Assembly (NCBI GenBank): GCA_963781885.1
Contig: CAWAHW010000007.1
Span: 448,001-512,000, forward strand
Reading direction: 5' to 3'
Length of the DNA: 64,000 nt
From: an uncultured Spirochaetota bacterium
Lineage (GTDB): Bacteria; Spirochaetota; Spirochaetia; SZUA-6; Fen-1364
Position numbers and translations under genes: made by a program. Of the stretch, positions 17,840 through 28,586 are shown piece by piece. Position 1 is the first letter of the stretch; each line of letters starts with the position of its first letter. The notes beneath the pieces are model-generated. The model saw nothing but the letters and a program-made list of their open reading frames with translations, had not been told where the DNA came from and searched no databases.

Positions 17840-20800
17840 ATGGACACCAGACGCTCCGAGAATTTGCCCGAATCCGACCCGCGCGCGCGCAGCCAGAGGG
17901 AAGGGCTGTACGATCCTTCCTTCGAGCACGCCAGCTGCGGGGTGGGTTTCGTCGTGAATGTCGACGGGAGGCGCACGCACCAGATCGTCGCCAATGGCAC
18001 CACGATATTGAAGAACCTCGCGCACCGCGGCGCCGTGGGGGGAGACTCCCGCACCGGCGACGGTGCGGGCATGCTCACGCAGGTCCCCCACCGCTTTTTC
18101 GCGCGCGAGGCCGGGCGCCGGGGCTTCGCGCTGCCGGCCGAGGGAAGCTACGGCGTGGCCATGCTTTTCCTTCCGCAAGACCCGGACAGGCGCGACAAGG
18201 CGCGCGCGCTCTTCGAGCGCGTCGTAACCGCGGAGGGCGGCACCGTCCTGGGGTGGCGGGAGGTCCCGGTGAATCCCGAGCTCCTGGGGGAGCTGGCCGT
18301 GCGCTCCATGCCCTCCATCCAGCAGGCCTTCACCTCGTGCGGCCAGATGTCCGGGGACGCCCTCGAGCGGCGGCTCTACATCATTCGCAAGGCGGTGGAA
18401 TCGGCGGCCCTCGCGGACGGATTCACGATGGAGGAGCTCTACGTCAACTCGTACTCCTCCCGCACCGTCGTGTACAAGGGCATGTTCGTCGCTCCCCAGT
18501 TCGAAAGCTTCTACCCCGACCTGCGGGACCCGGATTTTGAAAGCGCCCTCGCGGTGATCCACCAGCGCTACAGCACGAACACGTTCCCCTCCTGGCCGCT
18601 CGCGCAGCCCTTCCGCATCATCGCGCACAACGGGGAGATCAACACCCTGCGGGGCAACATCAACAAGATGAATGCCCGGGAGCAGACCATGTCCTCCCCG
18701 CTTTTCGGGGACGAGATCGAAAAGCTGCGGCCGGTGATCCAGCCCGGCCAGAGCGATTCGGGGATATTCGACAATGTCCTCGAGCTGCTCGTGGCGGGCG
18801 GCAGGTCGCTCGAGCATGCCCTCATGATGATGGTGCCGGAGGCGTTTGGCGCCCGCTATCACATGAGCGAGGACAAGCGCGCCTTCTACGAGTACCACGC
18901 GGCCATCATGGAGCCCTGGGACGGGCCCGCGGCCATCTCCTTCTCCGACGGCATCAAGGTGGGATCCATCCTGGACAGGAACGGCCTGCGGCCGGCGCGG
19001 TGGGTCGTCACGCGCAGCGGCCTCGTGGTCCTGGCCTCGGAGGTGGGGGTGCTTGACATCCCGCCGGAGGACGTCCTGCAGAAGGGGCGCCTGGCGCCCG
19101 GCAAGATGTTCCTTGTCGATACCGCGCAGAAGCGCATCGTCTACGACCACGAGGTGAAGGCCGCCGTGTCGCGCCGAAAGCCGTACCGGCGGTGGGTGGA
19201 ATCCAATCGCATCGAGCTGAAGGGCCTCTTCCAGGTCTCGGGCCCCGTGCGGACCGACCGGGAAAGCCTGCTCGCCCAGCAGTGGGTGTTCGGCTACACC
19301 ATGGAGGACATCGACATGATCATCATGCCGATGGTGGAGACCTCCCAGGAGCCCATCAGCTCGATGGGAAATGACCAGAGCCTCGCGGTCCTCTCCGAAA
19401 GGCCGCAGCTGCTCTATTCCTACTTCAAGCAGCTCTTCGCCCAGGTCACCAACCCGCCCATCGACCCTTACCGCGAAAACCTCGTGATGTCGCTCATGAG
19501 CTACGTCGGCCGGGAGCAGAACCTTCTCGACGAGACGCCCGAGCACGTGCGGCAGGTGAAACTCCCGCACCCCGTGCTCTCCAACGACGATGTGGCGAAG
19601 CTGCGCACGCTCGACGTGGGCGGCTACCGCTCCTGCGTCATCCCCATGACGTTCGCCGCCGCCGACGGCGTGGCGGGTCTCGCGAAGGCGGTCCAGCACC
19701 TCTGCGCCTCCGCGGAGGCGCGCGTCGACGCCGGGGACACCATGCTCATCCTCACCGACCGCGACGTCGGTGAGAAGCGCGCACCCATTCCCGCGTTGCT
19801 GGCCACCGCGGCCCTCCACCATCACCTCACCCGGGTGAAAAAGCGGCACCTCACGGCGCTCGTCATCGAGACGGCCGAGGCGCGCGAGGTGATGCACTTC
19901 GCCACGCTCATGGGCTTCGGCGCGAGCGCCATCAACCCCTACCTCGCCATCGAGACCATCGCCGACTTGAAGGCGCGGGGGCGCCTGCCCGGCTCCCTGA
20001 CGCAGGAGACGGCGATCGAGCATTACATCACGGCCGTGAAGAAGGGCCTCCTGAAGGTCATGTCCAAGATGGGCGTCTCCACCATCAGGAGCTACAAGAG
20101 CGCCCAGATCTTCGAAGCGGTGGGGCTTGCGGATGACTTCGTGAAGGATTATTTCCCCGGCACACCCTCGCGCATCGGCGGCATTAGCATCGAGGGGATC
20201 GCGCGCGAGGTCCTGGCGCGGCATGCCGCCGCGTACTGCCGCACGCCCGCGGAGCGCGAGCGGTTGGACTCCGGCGGCGCGCTGCACTACCGCAGCTTTT
20301 CGGAGCACCACCGTCTCACCCCGCAGGCCATCGCGCTCCTCCAGCGCGCCGTGCGGGAGAACGACTACGGCCTGTACAAGCAGTACGCGGCGGGGCTCAA
20401 CGACGAGGGCCGCGCGCTGTGCACGCTCCGCGGATTGTTTGCATTCGCCCCCCGGACGCCCGTTCCCCTGGACGAGGTGGAACCGGTGGAGACCATCGTG
20501 AAGCGCTTCGTCACCTCCGCCATGTCCTTTGGCTCGATCAGCAAAGAGGCGCACATGACCCTCGCCATCGCCATGAACAGGTTGGGCGCGGCGAGCAATT
20601 CCGGCGAAGGCGGGGAGGACGAGGCACGCTACGCGCCGCTTGCCAACGGCGACTCGGCGCGCAGCGCGATCAAGCAGGTGGCATCGGCCCGGTTCGGCGT
20701 CACCTCGAACTACCTGGTGAACTCACGCGAGCTGCAGATCAAGATGGCGCAGGGGGCGAAGCCCGGCGAAGGCGGGCAGCTTGCGGGTCTGAAGGTGGAC

Positions 20801-22423
20801 GGCGAAATCGCGAAGGTCCGGCATTCCACCCCGGGGGTCACCCTGATCTCCCCGCCGCCGCACCACGACATCTATTCCATCGAGGATCTCGCGCAGCTCA
20901 TCTTCGACCTGAAGAACGCCAACCCCGAGGCGCGCATCTCCGTGAAGCTCGTCGCCGAGGTCGGCGTGGGGACCATCGCCGCGGGTGTGGCCAAGGGCAA
21001 GGCGGACATGGTGCTGATCGCCGGCCACGACGGCGGCACCGGCAATTCGCCCATCTCCTCCATCAAGCACGCCGGCATCCCGTGGGAGATCGGGGTCGCC
21101 GACACGCAACAGACGCTCGTGTTGAACCGGTTGCGGGACAGGATCCGGGTGCAGGCCGACGGCCAGATGCGCACGGGACGCGACGTGGTGATCGCGGCGC
21201 TCCTGGGCGCGGAGGAGTACGGCTTCGGCACCGTGTCCCTGGTCACCATCGGCTGCATCATGATGCGCAAGTGTCACCTCAACACCTGCCCCGTGGGAGT
21301 GGCCACGCAGGACCCGCGCTTGCGCGCGCGCTTCACCGGCAAGCCCGAGCATGTCGTGAACTTCATGCGCTTCGTCGCGCAGGACGTGCGGGAGACGATG
21401 GCCGCGCTGGGCTTCAGGACCGTGGACGACATGATCGGCCACGTGGAGGTGCTGGAGACGCGCGCAGCCGTCGAGCATTGGAAGGCGCGCGGCCTGGACT
21501 TCTCCCGCATCTTCATGAAGCCCGAAGTCCCGGCGGGCACTTCCCTCCGCTGCACGACGAAGCCCGTGCATGATTTCTCCCTGTCGCTCGACAAGGACCT
21601 CATCCTGCGCTCCCGGCCCGCGCTGGAGCATGGTGAGAAGGTGCGACTGTATCTGGGCATCCGCAATTGCAACAGGACGGTCGGTGCGACCCTCTCGTCA
21701 GAGGTTTCCAAGCGCTACGGGGCAAAGGGGTTGCCCGACGACACGATCAATGTCTCATTCACCGGGTCCGCCGGCCAGAGCTTCGGCGCTTTTCTCGCCC
21801 CGGGCATCACCTTCGAGCTTGAAGGCGATGCGAACGACTATTTCGCCAAGGGTCTCTCCGGCGGGAAAATCGTCGTCTATCCGCCGCGCGCCGCGACATT
21901 CCGCGCCCGGGACAACATCATCACCGGCAATGTGAACCTCTTCGGCGCCACCGGCGGCGAGGTGTACATCAACGGTATGGCGGGCGAGCGCTTCGCCGTG
22001 CGCAACTCCGGCGCGACGGCGGTCGTGGAGGGGCTGGGCGATCACGGCTGCGAGTACATGACGGGCGGGCTCGTGGTCGTGCTGGGCCGCACGGGCGTGA
22101 ACTTCGCGGCCGGCATGAGCGGCGGCATCGCCTACGTGCTGGACGAGGACCAGCTCTTCGACAACAACTGCAACCTGGAGATGGTGGACATCGAGCCCAT
22201 CACCTCCCCGCGCGAGCGGGAGCGCCTGCGCGATCTCGTGGAGCGCCACGTCATGTACACGCGCTCCGAGCACGCCACCCGGATCCTGCGGGACTGGGAC
22301 GAGATGGCGCCGCGATTCGTGAAGGTCATGCCGATCGACTATCGCCGGGCCCTGGAAAGGATGGCGAAGGACCAGTCGCGGGAGACGGAGGTCGTGGGCC
22401 TCACGGAAGAGGTGTATCGCTGA
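17840..22423 (+). CDS. gltB: Glutamate synthase large subunit
   Basis: [68 protein letters not shown]-terminal domain. Confidence 0.97.
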   Translation: MDTRRSENLPESDPRARSQREGLYDPSFEHASCGVGFVVNVDGRRTHQIVANGTTILKNLAHRGAVGGDSRTGDGAGMLTQVPHRFFAREAGRRGFALPAEGSYGVAMLFLPQDPDRRDKARALFERVVTAEGGTVLGWREVPVNPELLGELAVRSMPSIQQAFTSCGQMSGDALERRLYIIRKAVESAALADGFTMEELYVNSYSSRTVVYKGMFVAPQFESFYPDLRDPDFESALAVIHQRYSTNTFPSWPLAQPFRIIAHNGEINTLRGNINKMNAREQTMSSPLFGDEIEKLRPVIQPGQSDSGIFDNVLELLVAGGRSLEHALMMMVPEAFGARYHMSEDKRAFYEYHAAIMEPWDGPAAISFSDGIKVGSILDRNGLRPARWVVTRSGLVVLASEVGVLDIPPEDVLQKGRLAPGKMFLVDTAQKRIVYDHEVKAAVSRRKPYRRWVESNRIELKGLFQVSGPVRTDRESLLAQQWVFGYTMEDIDMIIMPMVETSQEPISSMGNDQSLAVLSERPQLLYSYFKQLFAQVTNPPIDPYRENLVMSLMSYVGREQNLLDETPEHVRQVKLPHPVLSNDDVAKLRTLDVGGYRSCVIPMTFAAADGVAGLAKAVQHLCASAEARVDAGDTMLILTDRDVGEKRAPIPALLATAALHHHLTRVKKRHLTALVIETAEAREVMHFATLMGFGASAINPYLAIETIADLKARGRLPGSLTQETAIEHYITAVKKGLLKVMSKMGVSTIRSYKSAQIFEAVGLADDFVKDYFPGTPSRIGGISIEGIAREVLARHAAAYCRTPAERERLDSGGALHYRSFSEHHRLTPQAIALLQRAVRENDYGLYKQYAAGLNDEGRALCTLRGLFAFAPRTPVPLDEVEPVETIVKRFVTSAMSFGSISKEAHMTLAIAMNRLGAASNSGEGGEDEARYAPLANGDSARSAIKQVASARFGVTSNYLVNSRELQIKMAQGAKPGEGGQLAGLKVDGEIAKVRHSTPGVTLISPPPHHDIYSIEDLAQLIFDLKNANPEARISVKLVAEVGVGTIAAGVAKGKADMVLIAGHDGGTGNSPISSIKHAGIPWEIGVADTQQTLVLNRLRDRIRVQADGQMRTGRDVVIAALLGAEEYGFGTVSLVTIGCIMMRKCHLNTCPVGVATQDPRLRARFTGKPEHVVNFMRFVAQDVRETMAALGFRTVDDMIGHVEVLETRAAVEHWKARGLDFSRIFMKPEVPAGTSLRCTTKPVHDFSLSLDKDLILRSRPALEHGEKVRLYLGIRNCNRTVGATLSSEVSKRYGAKGLPDDTINVSFTGSAGQSFGAFLAPGITFELEGDANDYFAKGLSGGKIVVYPPRAATFRARDNIITGNVNLFGATGGEVYINGMAGERFAVRNSGATAVVEGLGDHGCEYMTGGLVVVLGRTGVNFAAGMSGGIAYVLDEDQLFDNNCNLEMVDIEPITSPRERERLRDLVERHVMYTRSEHATRILRDWDEMAPRFVKVMPIDYRRALERMAKDQSRETEVVGLTEEVYR

Positions 22424-23847
22424 TGGGCCATCCCTCGGGTTTCCTCGACCATCCCCGCGTCTCCTACAGCCTGCTTCCGGTGGACGAGCGCGTGAAGAGC
22501 TGGCGGGAGTTCACCGTGCCCGTGCCGGACGCAGAGCTTGCGCGCCAGGGATCCCGCTGCATGGACTGCGGCATTCCCTTCTGCCACTCCACCGGTTGTC
22601 CCGTCTACAACCTGATCCCCGAATGGAATGACCTCGTCTACAAGGACGACTGGAAAGAGGCGCTCGTGCGCCTGGAGATGACGAATAATCTCCCCGAGGT
22701 GACCGGCCGCATCTGCCCCGCCCCCTGCGAAGCATCGTGCACACTTTCGATCAACACGAGCCCCGTCACCATCAAGCAGATCGAGCTTGCCATCGTGGAG
22801 CGCGGTTGGAGCGAGGGATGGATCGAGCCTCGGCCGCCCGCGCATCTCAGCGGCAAGCGTGTCGCCGTGGTGGGAAGCGGCCCTGCCGGTCTTGCCGCCG
22901 CGCAGCAGCTTCGCCGCGCCGGCCACGACGTGACGCTTTTTGAGCGCTCGCTGAAGCTCGGCGGCCTCCTGCGCTACGGCATCCCCGACTTCAAGCTGGA
23001 GAAGAAGGTCCTCGATCGGCGCATCGCGCAGATGGAGGCGGAGGGCGTGCGTTTCGAGACGGGGGTCACCATCGGCGAAGACATCTCCGCGCGGTACCTG
23101 CGCGGCAGTTTCGACGTGATCCTCCTCACCATGGGCGCGGGCGAGCCCCGCGACCTGCCGGTGCCCGGGCGGGAGCTTTCCGGCGTGCATTTCGCCATGG
23201 ACTTCCTGGGACGGTCCAACCAGCTTCTGGCCGGCGAGATCAGGGAGTCGGAGCTCATCAGCGCGCGCGACAAGGTGGTCGTCGTGATCGGCGGCGGCGA
23301 CACCGGTTCAGACTGCGTCGGCACCGCCAACAGGATGGGCGCGCGCGAGGTGTACCAGTACGAGATCATGCCCAAACCGCCCCAGTGGAACGAGGCCTGG
23401 AACCCGAGCTGGCCCGCGTGGCCGAACATCCTGCGAACGTCCAGCTCCCACGAGGAAGGCTGCGGCCGGGACTGGTCCATCACGACCGAATGCTTCGAGG
23501 GCAAGGACGGGCGGGTGGTTGCGGGTCATTTCGCTCGCGTGGAATGGAAGAAGCAGCCCGGCGGGGCCATGAAGATGGAGACGGTCCCCGGCACCGCCTT
23601 CACGCGCAAGGCGGACCTCGTGCTCCTGGCAATGGGTTTCGTGCACGTGAAGCATGGCAAGATCATCGACGAGCTGGGCGTGGAATACGATCCCCGCGGC
23701 AACATCCGCTGCAACCCCGACTACTCGACGTCTGTCCCCGGGGTCTTTGCCGCCGGCGACGCAAACACGGGAGCATCCCTCGTGGTCCGCTCCATATTCC
23801 ACGGCCGCGAAGCCGCGGCTTCCATCGACAGGTATCTGAAGGCGTAG
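22423..23847 (+). CDS. gltD: Glutamate synthase small subunit
   Basis: RCMDCGIPFC, TGRICPAPCE, GSGPAGLAAA, IGGGDTGSDC; TGATG coupling with gltB. Confidence 0.97.
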   Translation: MGHPSGFLDHPRVSYSLLPVDERVKSWREFTVPVPDAELARQGSRCMDCGIPFCHSTGCPVYNLIPEWNDLVYKDDWKEALVRLEMTNNLPEVTGRICPAPCEASCTLSINTSPVTIKQIELAIVERGWSEGWIEPRPPAHLSGKRVAVVGSGPAGLAAAQQLRRAGHDVTLFERSLKLGGLLRYGIPDFKLEKKVLDRRIAQMEAEGVRFETGVTIGEDISARYLRGSFDVILLTMGAGEPRDLPVPGRELSGVHFAMDFLGRSNQLLAGEIRESELISARDKVVVVIGGGDTGSDCVGTANRMGAREVYQYEIMPKPPQWNEAWNPSWPAWPNILRTSSSHEEGCGRDWSITTECFEGKDGRVVAGHFARVEWKKQPGGAMKMETVPGTAFTRKADLVLLAMGFVHVKHGKIIDELGVEYDPRGNIRCNPDYSTSVPGVFAAGDANTGASLVVRSIFHGREAAASIDRYLKA

Positions 23848-23953
23848 GGCCGGCCGCCAGGGTCGCATCGGCTGGCGCGCGGCATGGGAAGCCGCGCCAC
23901 TGAAGGCGCACGCGCACCCCGGCGGGCCGCGCGGGAAGCGCGCCGCGTGCGGC

Positions 23954-25831
23954 TCAGTCCGCGGCCATCACCACCCGGAATCCCTGGTCTTCGTCTTCCG
24001 TGGTCACGGGCTTGAACTGCGAGTAGCCCGCCATGAAGAACTTCGGCTTGGACAGGCGCCAGGACCCGCCGGCAGAAGCGGCAAGGTCGGTCGTCCCGTC
24101 GGCCGCCTTCCTCTGGTCGGAACACCATTCGCTCACGTTGCCCGCCATATTCTTCACCCCGTCGAGGGTGATGTCATTGAAGAACGTGAGCTCCTGCACG
24201 GGGCCGTTCTGGCCCTCGATGGGAAGCATGTCGTCCGCGGTGGAATCGGCGCACTGGCAGTACGTCGAGTCCCAGTCATTGCCCCACGGATAGTCTGTCT
24301 GGTAGTGCGCGCCGGCTGCCCAGCGCCATTGTGCCAGGGTGGGGAGGGTGACATTCACCTTGAACTTCTTGGAGAACCATTCCGTGTACGCTACGCAGTC
24401 GTCCCAGGTGACGTGGATGACGGGGTAATAACCGTAGGCGGTCCTGTAATAGCGTTCCCAGCTCCCCTGGGATTTGTAGCCGGACTGCCTCACGAAGTTT
24501 GCGAACTGATCGAAGCGCACCTCCGTCATGCCCGCCCAGAAGCTCGGGGTCTGGCCGCTTCCCTTGACGAACACAAAAGGCACATCGCCGATCTGCTGGT
24601 TGTCCTGCTCGGGCCTGTTGATCACCATATTCGCCACGCGTGTGCGTGCGCCGTTCTGCACGGCGAACTCCTTTTCGAAGACCCCGTATTTATGGGTGAT
24701 CACGATGCGATGGGTCCCCGCCGGCAGGTCATTCAGCACGAGGGTCTGCCCCGTGGCGATGCTGCCGCTTGCAACGCCATCCAGCTCAACGGTTCCTTCC
24801 ACGTTGGAATAGACCTGCGCCGATCCGCTGCCGGGAGCGCTCGGCGTCCCCGCCGGGGGCGCCTCGATGCGCGTCGTGGTGTCGATGCTCGCGCTGTACG
24901 TGGAGAGGGCGAGGTCCCCGAATGCCTCCCCGTTGTAGCTCACCGAGGGCGACTGGTCGAGCTGCTGCTCATGCGCGTAGCTGGTGACCTGCTGCTCAAC
25001 GAAATCCGACAGCTCCTTGAACGTCACGATGCCGTCGCTGTTGCCCATCTGGTAGTCGGCCTTCCCCTTCATTCCTTCCAGGAGGAACTTCGTAAAGATG
25101 CCGTGGGTGGAGTTGGGATCGTCGAAGCTCGACCAACCCGTCTTGGTGGCATAGAAGACCGCCGACACGCTCGACTGCTCGAACTTCTGCGCCCGCAGGG
25201 CCGCGTCGTTGATGCCGCGGCTTGCGCCCCGGGGAAGCGATTCGCGGCATGCATCCAGGAGGAGGAGCGATTTGCGCACCTTCAGCTTCGTGATCCAGTC
25301 CAGCACCTCCTTGATCGGGAGGCTCGTGTTCCACTTGTCGTCCTTGAGCGTGTCGGCGACGATGAGGTAGCCGTCGCCCGTCTCCTCCGTCGCGATGCCG
25401 TGACCGGCGAAGGAGAATATCACGAGGTCATTGGGGCCTATCGTTTTCGCCATGGCGGCAAGCTTCGCGCGGATGTTCGCGAGGCTCGGGTAAGAGTGGC
25501 CCTTGTCGAAGGCGGGGTCCACGTCGTCCGTCATCTTTTCCACGACGTCGAACTGACCGTACTTCTTCAGCGTATCGGCAAGCTCCGTGGCATCGGCGCG
25601 CGCCCCCTTGAGGGCAGGGATCGTCGTGTCCTGGAAATTGTTGACGCCGATGCACAGGGCATAGCGCTTGCCGGCATTGCCCGGCGTGCCCTCGATGCTT
25701 CCGCCGGCCTTCACCAGCATCAGGCCCCTGCTGCCTGCCTGGGCGCCGAGAATGACGAGCACCGCGAGAGGAAGCAGGGCGATTGCGAGCCCCCGTCGTC
25801 TCCCTTTTTTCCGTTCACGCGGTGCATCCAT
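23954..25831 (-). CDS. Exported caspase-family (peptidase C14) protease with PEGA and FGE-sulfatase (CLec-fold) domains
   Basis: Signal or anchor LAIALLPLAVLVILGAQA; YALCIGVNNF, FSFAGHG (His), LLLLDACRE (Cys), HGIFTKFLLEGMKG; PEGA VYSNVEG.VELDG..LPAGTHRI; FGE PVIHVTWDDC, LPTLAQW, MAGNVSEW, GGSW, GFRVV. Confidence 0.88.
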   Translation of the reverse strand: MDAPRERKKGRRRGLAIALLPLAVLVILGAQAGSRGLMLVKAGGSIEGTPGNAGKRYALCIGVNNFQDTTIPALKGARADATELADTLKKYGQFDVVEKMTDDVDPAFDKGHSYPSLANIRAKLAAMAKTIGPNDLVIFSFAGHGIATEETGDGYLIVADTLKDDKWNTSLPIKEVLDWITKLKVRKSLLLLDACRESLPRGASRGINDAALRAQKFEQSSVSAVFYATKTGWSSFDDPNSTHGIFTKFLLEGMKGKADYQMGNSDGIVTFKELSDFVEQQVTSYAHEQQLDQSPSVSYNGEAFGDLALSTYSASIDTTTRIEAPPAGTPSAPGSGSAQVYSNVEGTVELDGVASGSIATGQTLVLNDLPAGTHRIVITHKYGVFEKEFAVQNGARTRVANMVINRPEQDNQQIGDVPFVFVKGSGQTPSFWAGMTEVRFDQFANFVRQSGYKSQGSWERYYRTAYGYYPVIHVTWDDCVAYTEWFSKKFKVNVTLPTLAQWRWAAGAHYQTDYPWGNDWDSTYCQCADSTADDMLPIEGQNGPVQELTFFNDITLDGVKNMAGNVSEWCSDQRKAADGTTDLAASAGGSWRLSKPKFFMAGYSQFKPVTTEDEDQGFRVVMAAD

Positions 25832-25832
25832 G

Positions 25833-28568
25833 TCAGAATCCGATCGCGTACCCGACGCTGACCGTCAGGCTCCAGCTCCCCATATAGGAGCTCTCGTTGA
25901 AGTAGTCCAGACCCAGCGACAACCCGTCTTTTTTCTTCGCGTTGAGGAAGACCATGCTCCCGCCCAATGTGACGCCGCTTCCGTATCCGACGTCGACGGT
26001 GTAGAGGAGGCTGCCGCGGGACGGGTTCCCGAACATCAGGTCGAGCGTCACGGCCCCGCCACCGGAGCTACTGGAGCTTCCGTCGAGGTAGTCAATAAAG
26101 GCGCCCGCCCCTACTCCGAACCCGGGAAGGAAATGCCAGTAAAGCTGCGCGGCGCCGGCGAGCGCAAAGACGGTGCTGCTGGAGTAGCTGTGGGAGGAGT
26201 AGCTGTACGTTTCCGTGCTGCCCGCGCCAAGGCCTGCCGCGAGATTCAGGAAGAACGCCGCGCCGCCCGTGGACGCCACTGCCGCAGTCTTGGGCCGTTG
26301 CCCGGAGGCTCCTTGGCCGGCAAGATTCGGGAAAGCCGCCTGGCCCGTCAGGTTCGTAAACGCCGCCAATTGGGCTGCGCGCGCCGCGTCCTGCCGCTGC
26401 TCGTATTCCTCCGCGCTCTGGTCTGCCAGGGCCCTGAGGTTTGCAAGGTCCACGAAGGCGATCACGTCTTTTTCCGGCACGATCTGGCTCTTGCTGAAAT
26501 CGTAGGTGAAGCCGTGCCAGGATGAATATCGATTGTCCTTGGAGTATCCCCGTGTCCAGACGGTGTAGGTGACCTGGGGATGCGCCTCCCAGTCATCCTG
26601 CGAGTATTCGCTCGCGATCGTGATCTTTTCCTTGTCGGCCCAGTGGAACTCATCCGTCGTGAGCGACCCGTCGTCGACGTCGATGTCCCCCGCGTATCCG
26701 AAGCCCGGCTTCAGGATGAGAGTCACCTTGGTCGTTTTCGGCGATAGGATCTGTTGTTTCTCCTGCAGCCCGAAGTCGGCGATCTGGATCTTCACATCCT
26801 TGGGATCGCGGACGACCACCGGCAGGGGCTTGCTTTTCACGGTGAGCTTCGTCGAGGTGTACCAGATGCCCGTGATTCCGCTCAAGCCTTCGGGAGGATT
26901 GCGCGTGGCGGTGATGTCGTAGGCGGAAAGGGGGACGCCGCTGATGAGAATGTCCTGCGTCTCGTAACGGTACTCCGCGTGCACCGATCCGGAGTTTTCC
27001 GTCCCGTTGTCTCCCGGTGTCTTTCCCATTTCCCAGGTCGCCGTGCCATTGTCGAACGTGACGGTAAAGGAAGGCTCGGGCATGGGAGGATCGAATATTT
27101 CCCACCAATACTGCTCATTCTGCTTTCTCGGTATCGCCGCGAAGGTGTACGAGGTCGTCGGACCGATGCCGCCGATGGTGATGCTTCCGTTGGGCGTTTC
27201 GATATGATCCCGCAGGACGACGATGTTCTTTACGTCGCCCGCATTGATGGTGAACGGAATCTCCTTGATCTGCTGCGTGCTCCTGTTGTAGACGGAGATG
27301 ACGTACTGGCCCGGGAGCGTCCAATAGAAGACGTCGGGATTCACCTTGCGCTTGTCGGAATTGTCCGAGTCCCCGACGGTGTTGTCGTCTTTTTCCACCT
27401 GGCGCGGCTGCCAGAAGAGGTAGTAGTGTCCGTTCGCATAGGACAGGTCTGGCTGCCCATTGCTGCCGGCATCGCCGGTTCCCGCGCCGCCCGCGCCCGC
27501 GACATCGGGGCTTTCAGTGATGGTCAGCTGCGCGCAGTGGGCGTTCAATATGTCGATCATGATGTGCTGGCATATCTGGGCACAGGCGACCGGAAGGTCG
27601 TGAAGGTCCTTGTCGACAATGGCCGAGTACGAGTAGACCTCTTCGGCCCGTTTCGTGTTGAGCACGCGCACGTTGAAGCCTATCGCGTCCCGGGGGCTGC
27701 CCGGACTTGCTTCCTTGTGCTGGAGCAAGCTGTCGGCAGGAGATGCGTTCTGCGGCGAGTCGGAGCCGGTTTCATAGACATTGCCCAGCACGAGAAAATC
27801 GAGGTCCGCGAAATTAAACGCCCCGACCGCTTTCGTATAGAGGTCCTTCACCGTGAATGTGCCGTTTTGCAGCGCATTTTCGACGTATTTCTTGTCAAAT
27901 ATCTTGAAGATGGACGGGAAATAGAGGCGCGCGATCTGCCCCCCCGCGATGCGCGCGAGCTCCTGAGCCCCCTGCAGGGTTACGGCCACCTCGTTCGCCG
28001 CTTTCACCGCATCCTGCATGGCCAGCTTCTGCTTTTCAAGCCATGACTGCTGGAGCGCCTGGGCTGACTGCTGGGCCGATTTCGCCTTCGCCTGCCGATC
28101 CCGCGCATCGTCCTTTGCACTGGACGTGGTGGCTTTTGCCAGGTCGTCCGATGCGGCCTTGAAGTCATCAGTCGCCTTTGCGTAGTCGTCCGACGCCTCG
28201 GCGTACCCGAGGCCGGCATTCTTGTAGTCCGCGGCTGCCTTTGTGTAATCCCCGGCGGCAACGGCTTTCGGGTCTTTCGGGAAGGTGAAGGTCATGCCGG
28301 GCTCGTACACCGGCGCTCCGGGGACGATGTGGCTGTCCTTCATCGTGTAGACTACGTTCGCGGCATTCTGCTGGACCAGCACCGACAGGAGGGCCTGGCT
28401 GATGAGCTGTCCATAGAACTGCTTGCTCGGCGCCCTGTCCGCTGCGCTCATGGAGACCTCGAAGTCCGCCACGGCGAGCGTCGGCGGATCCAGGTAGGTG
28501 TAGTCGCGGGCGAACGCCGCTCCCGTGAACAGGAAACACGCTGCGGCAATAAGAAGTGCACGCTTCAT
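25833..28568 (-). CDS. Large exported protein: CsgG/TolB-N-like domain with coiled-coil insert, beta-rich middle and probable C-terminal outer-membrane beta-barrel
   Basis: AGGAGG SD; signal peptide ending AFA; PTLAVADFE..ISQALLSVL..DLDFLVLGNV..FNVRVLNTKRAEEV; alternating strands ending SLTVSVGYAIGF. Confidence 0.65.
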   Translation of the reverse strand: MKRALLIAAACFLFTGAAFARDYTYLDPPTLAVADFEVSMSAADRAPSKQFYGQLISQALLSVLVQQNAANVVYTMKDSHIVPGAPVYEPGMTFTFPKDPKAVAAGDYTKAAADYKNAGLGYAEASDDYAKATDDFKAASDDLAKATTSSAKDDARDRQAKAKSAQQSAQALQQSWLEKQKLAMQDAVKAANEVAVTLQGAQELARIAGGQIARLYFPSIFKIFDKKYVENALQNGTFTVKDLYTKAVGAFNFADLDFLVLGNVYETGSDSPQNASPADSLLQHKEASPGSPRDAIGFNVRVLNTKRAEEVYSYSAIVDKDLHDLPVACAQICQHIMIDILNAHCAQLTITESPDVAGAGGAGTGDAGSNGQPDLSYANGHYYLFWQPRQVEKDDNTVGDSDNSDKRKVNPDVFYWTLPGQYVISVYNRSTQQIKEIPFTINAGDVKNIVVLRDHIETPNGSITIGGIGPTTSYTFAAIPRKQNEQYWWEIFDPPMPEPSFTVTFDNGTATWEMGKTPGDNGTENSGSVHAEYRYETQDILISGVPLSAYDITATRNPPEGLSGITGIWYTSTKLTVKSKPLPVVVRDPKDVKIQIADFGLQEKQQILSPKTTKVTLILKPGFGYAGDIDVDDGSLTTDEFHWADKEKITIASEYSQDDWEAHPQVTYTVWTRGYSKDNRYSSWHGFTYDFSKSQIVPEKDVIAFVDLANLRALADQSAEEYEQRQDAARAAQLAAFTNLTGQAAFPNLAGQGASGQRPKTAAVASTGGAAFFLNLAAGLGAGSTETYSYSSHSYSSSTVFALAGAAQLYWHFLPGFGVGAGAFIDYLDGSSSSSGGGAVTLDLMFGNPSRGSLLYTVDVGYGSGVTLGGSMVFLNAKKKDGLSLGLDYFNESSYMGSWSLTVSVGYAIGF

Positions 28569-28586
28569 GGCTGGTACCTCCTGCAC

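Noticed and set aside
17654-20554. 966-aa antisense ORF over gltB (likewise 2823-4583, 14755-16812, 40247-42223, 46281-48590, 50275-52122)
   Set aside because: Shadow ORFs caused by high GC codon bias opposite well-supported genes; no recognisable motifs
23954-24100. Possible DGR variable region in the FGE domain
   Set aside because: No reverse transcriptase or AAC-rich template copy seen in the window; a remote DGR cannot be excluded
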